DNA of 64,000 nucleotides, taken from the NCBI GenBank assembly GCA_963820525.1, contig CAWGAA010000001.1:1600001-1664000 (forward strand), written 5' to 3'. The notes beneath the pieces were generated by a model. The model was not told the origin of the DNA, did not search any database, and saw only the letters and a program-made list of their open reading frames with translations. Origin of the DNA: an uncultured Spirochaetota bacterium. GTDB taxonomy: Bacteria; Spirochaetota; Spirochaetia; SZUA-6; Fen-1364. The position numbers and the translations under genes were made by a program. Within the stretch, counting starts at the first letter, position 1. The number at the start of each line of letters is the position of its first letter. Shown piece by piece: positions 60,122 to 64,000 of this stretch.

Positions 60122-60190
60122 TATGGCCCTTCTGTATTACTTGCACCGAGTGCGAGCGGGTGGTGTTCTACTACAACTCCACAACGTAGC
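60092..60190 (+). repeat. Direct repeat copy B
   Basis: Spans the pAgo stop and the AbiEii stop; matches 56111-56208. Confidence 0.9.
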
Positions 60191-61403
60191 GAGGCTGGAA
60201 TGCCCTCTCTGTGATTCGAGCTGCTTGGATCTCGCTTACCTTATATGCTTTCATTGTTCCGCTAGGTATTCCTCCCCGTAGATTTTCATAGACGTAGAGG
60301 AGCAGGTTTCCTGTGCCGCGAATCCGCAATGAATAAGGCTCAGTCAGGCGTGGCACGTCGTGATACATGATTTCCGCGCATAGTCTGTTCCTGGCCGCGT
60401 ATCGGACCCGGTCAAGAGGACCATAGATCTCAAAGGCTCCACGCCCCAATGAAGCTGCCCGTGTGATTCCGATGTGCTGCATCTGTGGGAAGGCAACTCG
60501 CGGTATTGCCGCCTCTCCCATTTCTAATGGAACACGGGGCAGCCTTTCGACGATCGGGCTAGCTTCCATCCATAATAACGCGCTTTCCCGTAGCTCATCG
60601 AAGTAGGACTGCGCGGGAGGCAGGACCGGGAGCTGGTGTTTGAGTTGCTGATCCCAGTTCTCTTCGAGAGTCGAGAAATCTATTGAGCTTATGAACCCTT
60701 CCAAAGAAGGCAGAGTCAGCGCCTTGAATTCGAACTTCCTCTTGAGGACGATGAGAGCGCGCTGGGGATCTATCTCCTCGCGATGGTTGCGGCTGATATT
60801 CACTACGTCATAAACGTCACGGGCTCTGCCTTGTCGTTCATAAAGCGCCCGCGTCTTCTCGGCGAGGATCTCATTCACGGAGTAGCAGAGAATGGAGATA
60901 GGCGGGATCGGAGCATCGCTGAAAAAGTGACGAATATACCGCTTCTCGGGGTTCTCAACGATTATTTCGTGTTGCGTGAGGTCTATAGTTATTCTCGGTA
61001 ATGTTTTCGCCTGTTGCTTGAGAGGCCCGCGATAAGAGATCTTTCCAGAGAAGGTTGTGCGGCCTTGTTTATCGTGACTTTCGATTACTTCAATACCGGG
61101 TTCGGGAAATTCGATACCTGTTTCTTCAGATATCAAGCGCGTGCACTCAAGAAGCGCGTTCCTGTATGCATCGGTTTCGTAGACCATCTCATTGGGCACC
61201 GTGAAGTCAAGATCTTCAGAAAAGCGGTAGGTTTCAAAGAAACATTTTTTCAAGCTCGTCCCGCCTTTGAAAACCCATCTGCTCAACAGCGGGTGTTGGG
61301 CTATTCCCATAAGAACCCACCCCAGTACATAATCCTTCTCGACAACGTTCTGGAGCAGCCCTTCCGAGGTAGCTATTTCTCTTATCTCTTCGCTTGGTAT
61401 CAC
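60171..61403 (-). CDS. AbiEii/AbiGii nucleotidyltransferase toxin with C-terminal WYL-like domain
   Basis: VEKDY, FKGGTSLKK, RFSEDLDF, EK..AL..R and ARDVYD. The last ~85 aa follow a WYL pattern. Confidence 0.88.
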   Translation of the reverse strand: MIPSEEIREIATSEGLLQNVVEKDYVLGWVLMGIAQHPLLSRWVFKGGTSLKKCFFETYRFSEDLDFTVPNEMVYETDAYRNALLECTRLISEETGIEFPEPGIEVIESHDKQGRTTFSGKISYRGPLKQQAKTLPRITIDLTQHEIIVENPEKRYIRHFFSDAPIPPISILCYSVNEILAEKTRALYERQGRARDVYDVVNISRNHREEIDPQRALIVLKRKFEFKALTLPSLEGFISSIDFSTLEENWDQQLKHQLPVLPPAQSYFDELRESALLWMEASPIVERLPRVPLEMGEAAIPRVAFPQMQHIGITRAASLGRGAFEIYGPLDRVRYAARNRLCAEIMYHDVPRLTEPYSLRIRGTGNLLLYVYENLRGGIPSGTMKAYKVSEIQAARITERAFQPRYVVEL

Positions 61404-62227
61404 ACGTATTCCTCCAAGGGCACGTTGATCCGCAATTTCCAGCGTGTAAGTATCTTGCCTTTGTTTGCCCCAGAAGGATCGAGCTTGCTAATTCCGGCGG
61501 ATATATTTTTCCTGCACGCTTCAAGCCATTCTTCATTCACATCACCCCATAATTCACCGCTGAACCCCAAGCGCTTGAAGATGACTCCACGGTTCAGCTT
61601 CTTGGCGTACTGGACAAGTTTTTTCGGTTCCGCTTTTCCGCTTTTCCAATACGCGTGGGCAATGTCCAGAACGTGGCGGCCGCCACCACCCAATTCGGGG
61701 TAATCAAGCACGTCGATTAGGGTTCGATGTCTGTCGGCCACCAGCACGGGGATGTTGTTCCGCCAGACCTTGCTCGTTCCGAATAGACGGCTCTCGGAGA
61801 TCCTATGAGTGCGAAAGGTGATGTTTGCCAGCTTTTGGGTTGCCCTTCGCTGGGCGTGAGTCGTAAAAACGACAATCGCGTTGAATATTTGTTCAGTAAG
61901 CTCCCAGTGTTCTGCGGCCGTGAATCCCGAGATGTAGCATGGCTTGAAGAGCTCCATGGCGAGTGCCCATGGATCGTCAGGCATTGTCTCTGGCGTTGTC
62001 GATGTGAGAGGAACGAATATATAAACGCCTCTCTTGCTTCTTTGCAGCCAGCCTTTTCGTTCCAACCTCAGGAGAATTTTGTTCGCGAGAGGGCGATTAA
62101 GATCGAATTTATTTGCGACATCCCTTCCCTCTATGGTTACTCTCCCTTTCCGTAAGAAATCGCTGAGGATAATGCGTTCCCGGGTGCTCAATCCCTTGTT
62201 TGCTTTGCTTATTTTTGATCTGCCCAT
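61400..62227 (-). CDS. AbiEi family type IV antitoxin / transcriptional regulator
   Basis: wHTH (LLRLERKGWLQR..RGVY), YISGFTAAEHWELTEQ, RTLIDVLD.PELGGG and KRLG. Stop overlaps the toxin GTG. Confidence 0.88.
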   Translation of the reverse strand: MGRSKISKANKGLSTRERIILSDFLRKGRVTIEGRDVANKFDLNRPLANKILLRLERKGWLQRSKRGVYIFVPLTSTTPETMPDDPWALAMELFKPCYISGFTAAEHWELTEQIFNAIVVFTTHAQRRATQKLANITFRTHRISESRLFGTSKVWRNNIPVLVADRHRTLIDVLDYPELGGGGRHVLDIAHAYWKSGKAEPKKLVQYAKKLNRGVIFKRLGFSGELWGDVNEEWLEACRKNISAGISKLDPSGANKGKILTRWKLRINVPLEEYV

Positions 62228-62289
62228 GGCCTGTCTCACGTATGTTATATTCTGATTGCAGATAAGGACACAATATGTCTTTAAATACA

Positions 62290-62318
62290 TTTATAGTATA
62301 ATATATTTGCGCTGTCAA
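62290..62318 (-). promoter_or_regulatory. Sigma-70 promoter of abiEi-abiEii
   Basis: TTGACA-17 bp-TATAAA. The near-palindrome ATGT-C-TTTAAA-T-ACAT just downstream is a candidate operator. Confidence 0.7.
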
Positions 62319-62422
62319 TAACTTTCTTTATTCCTCCTAAACGATAGTGCCTTTCTCAGCGATTGTCTTAGGGGGGGTTTTTAGCTTGGTGCTTGCAATC
62401 CTCTTTGCTCGCTGAGATCAAT

Positions 62423-62515
62423 CCATAACTTCGCCGTAGCCTCTTCATTCAGTCCACGATCCTGCGCAAGATGCTCGACCGTATAGAGCTCTCGAATGAA
62501 CTCTAGAGCCTCGTG
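62423..62515 (-). mobile_element. Possible IS66 transposase (TnpC) scrap
   Basis: HEALEFIRELYTVEHLAQDRGL resembles the IS66 EALxxIxxLYxIE motif. Confidence 0.45.
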
Positions 62516-62534
62516 CGTATGAGAGCTGCTTCCA

Positions 62535-62580
62535 GGCATCCACCTCGTAGACCTTTGCGATCAACCGAGCCCCCATGGGC
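62535..62580 (-). mobile_element. Possible IS91-like transposase C-terminal scrap
   Basis: (W)ARLIAKVYEVD matches the WARLIxKVYEVDPL motif. Confidence 0.55.
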
Positions 62581-62610
62581 GGCAGCCGTTTCTGGTCCCG
62601 GAAGGCGACG

Positions 62611-62694
62611 CTCATCGAGGAACCCTTCCATGTCATCCAGCACGCGCATCGAAATCTCGATTTGCTCAATGACGAGCTGCGGATCCGCGCTCAT
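62611..62694 (-). pseudogene. Truncated 5' end of a probable HEPN (HepT-like) partner gene
   Basis: ATG with GGAGAA upstream overlaps the MNT 3' end. About 28 codons precede the transposase-like sequence; the identity is inferred from context only. Confidence 0.4.
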
Positions 62695-63067
62695 ACACTA
62701 TTCTCCCTCTGCGACGTATTGCCTCCGCATGGGCGGGATGAATGTGTTCAATCTGCACGATATCGAGGGGGAAATGGGTGAGCTTTTCTGCCATCCAAAG
62801 AAGCTCGAAAAATGCGCGCGCCGCCGTTATCCCTTCGACTGTGATATCGATATCCGATATCTCTGAAAACTGCTTTCCATCGATAAGCGATCCCCACTGG
62901 TAGATTCGAGCGGGGTCATATCGTTTTACGATTTGCGCCACGATAGCTTCGAAGTCACTGCGCGCTTCAGCCAAACTAGATGAAAGGGTGCGCGCTCTCT
63001 CATGGCGCTTCCTGGCTAGAAAGGCGTGAGTTGCCTCGACGTCGGCTTTTTAATATCGAACGGCCAT
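62666..63067 (-). pseudogene. Minimal nucleotidyltransferase (MNT) antitoxin with a premature stop at codon 6
   Basis: RIYQWGS..SDIDI..EG and PLDIV motifs. In-frame ATG 63067 followed by TAA at 63050-63052; could restart at TTG 62974. Confidence 0.7.
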
Positions 63068-63169
63068 GCTTGTGAGTATGCCCGGCCGATGACAGATCGA
63101 AAAGATCAATTTCCGCCCGCCCTTGCCCTTCCGCGGCCGCCATGGCATCCTTTTCCCGCGAAACTTGCC

Positions 63170-63853
63170 ATGGCCAGCGACTCAAACGCTTCGGAGCCCC
63201 TCACTACCCGTTTCCGCTTTCCTCACCCCAACACGGCGGATGAAGAAGGGTTTCTCGCCATTGGCGGCGACCTCAAGCCCGGCACCCTGCTTCTGGCGTA
63301 CAGAAACGGAATCTTCCCCTGGACCACGCACCCCATCACGTGGTGGTCTCCCGACCCCAGAACGATCATCGAGATTGACGGCCTACATGTTTCGAAAAGC
63401 CTCAAACGCTTCATAGCCAGGGACGGGCTTTCCGTAAGCTTCGACCGCGCGTTCCGCCAGGTCATGGAGGGATGCGCTGCATCGCGGCCGGGCAGGGAGG
63501 AGACGTGGATCAGCCCGGCCTTCATCTCGGCATATTCACGGCTTCACTCCCTGGGCTATGCCCACAGCGTGGAGTGCTGGAGGGGAGAGAATCTGGTCGG
63601 AGGGCTCTACGGGGTTTCAATCGGGTGCTTCTTTGCCGGTGAATCGATGTTTTCGGCGGAGCCGAACGCCTCCAAAGTGGCCATGGCTGGCATATTCGAG
63701 AGGCTCCGTGCCCGCGGCTACCTGCTGTTCGACTGCCAGATGATGACGCCCCATCTTTCCTCGATGGGCGCCGTGGAAATCCCGCGCTCCGAGTACCTGA
63801 GGAGGCTGGCGGAAGCGGTCGAGGGCCGGTGCAGCTTCGGGGACGCGGGCTAG
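63170..63853 (+). CDS. aat: Leucyl/phenylalanyl-tRNA--protein transferase
   Basis: GGDL..LL.AY.NGIFPW, WWSPDPR, AHSVE, GGLYGV, FAGESMF and NASK. Confidence 0.95.
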   Translation: MASDSNASEPLTTRFRFPHPNTADEEGFLAIGGDLKPGTLLLAYRNGIFPWTTHPITWWSPDPRTIIEIDGLHVSKSLKRFIARDGLSVSFDRAFRQVMEGCAASRPGREETWISPAFISAYSRLHSLGYAHSVECWRGENLVGGLYGVSIGCFFAGESMFSAEPNASKVAMAGIFERLRARGYLLFDCQMMTPHLSSMGAVEIPRSEYLRRLAEAVEGRCSFGDAG

Positions 63854-63981
63854 GAGCCTGTCGGACTTGCCTGCTTTTGTGTATGTTCATGCACAACAAC
63901 CCGAGGAAACCTGCATAAACATACACCGGCGGCCTGTCTGCTGAATTTTTATGCAGGAAACGGCCAAAGTCCGACAGGCTC
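63854..63981. mobile_element. 128-bp MITE with 15-bp perfect TIRs flanked by CTAG
   Basis: GAGCCTGTCGGACTT (63854-63868) / AAGTCCGACAGGCTC (63967-63981); CTAG at 63850-63853 and 63982-63985. Confidence 0.88.
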
Positions 63982-64000
63982 CTAGATCTTCTGATCCAGC

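Noticed and set aside
1..64000. CRISPR arrays, tRNA or rRNA genes
   Set aside because: No regularly spaced repeat-spacer array or recognisable structural RNA was seen by eye.

Overview
GC-rich bacterial DNA. The gene repertoire (PyrB-PyrI fusion, XPB helicase plus partner, CHASE2 cyclase/FecR cluster, lipoprotein sugar-binding protein) suggests a free-living Spirochaetia, which is an inference. Bases 1-54.6 kb are mostly ordinary housekeeping and envelope genes: alpha-2-macroglobulin/pbpC, pyrBI-pyrC, gapN, XPB, a MarR-regulated heterodimeric ABC exporter, a frameshifted CHASE2 adenylate/guanylate cyclase facing an OMP-FecR-lipoprotein operon, GH3, lactate permease, isomerase-araB, a VIT/VWA pair, and a sigma-54-driven sugar ABC operon with its own two-component system. 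Bases ~54.9-63.1 kb form a decaying, partly AT-richer defence-like island. It holds a broken IS110, an intact TM0106-type nuclease-SF1 helicase, the C-terminal stub of a prokaryotic Argonaute (PIWI) gene, an intact AbiEi/AbiEii type IV TA pair whose toxin carries an apparent C-terminal WYL domain, IS91/IS66-like scraps and a damaged MNT-HEPN pair. A ~99-bp diverged direct repeat (56111-56208 / 60092-60190) brackets the nuclease-helicase. Each copy contains the convergent 3' ends of a pAgo gene and an AbiEii-like gene, and the pAgo codons differ only synonymously, which points to a recurring pAgo/AbiE-WYL module. A 128-bp MITE sits in the aat stop codon. All calls come from motif recognition by eye; no searches were run.
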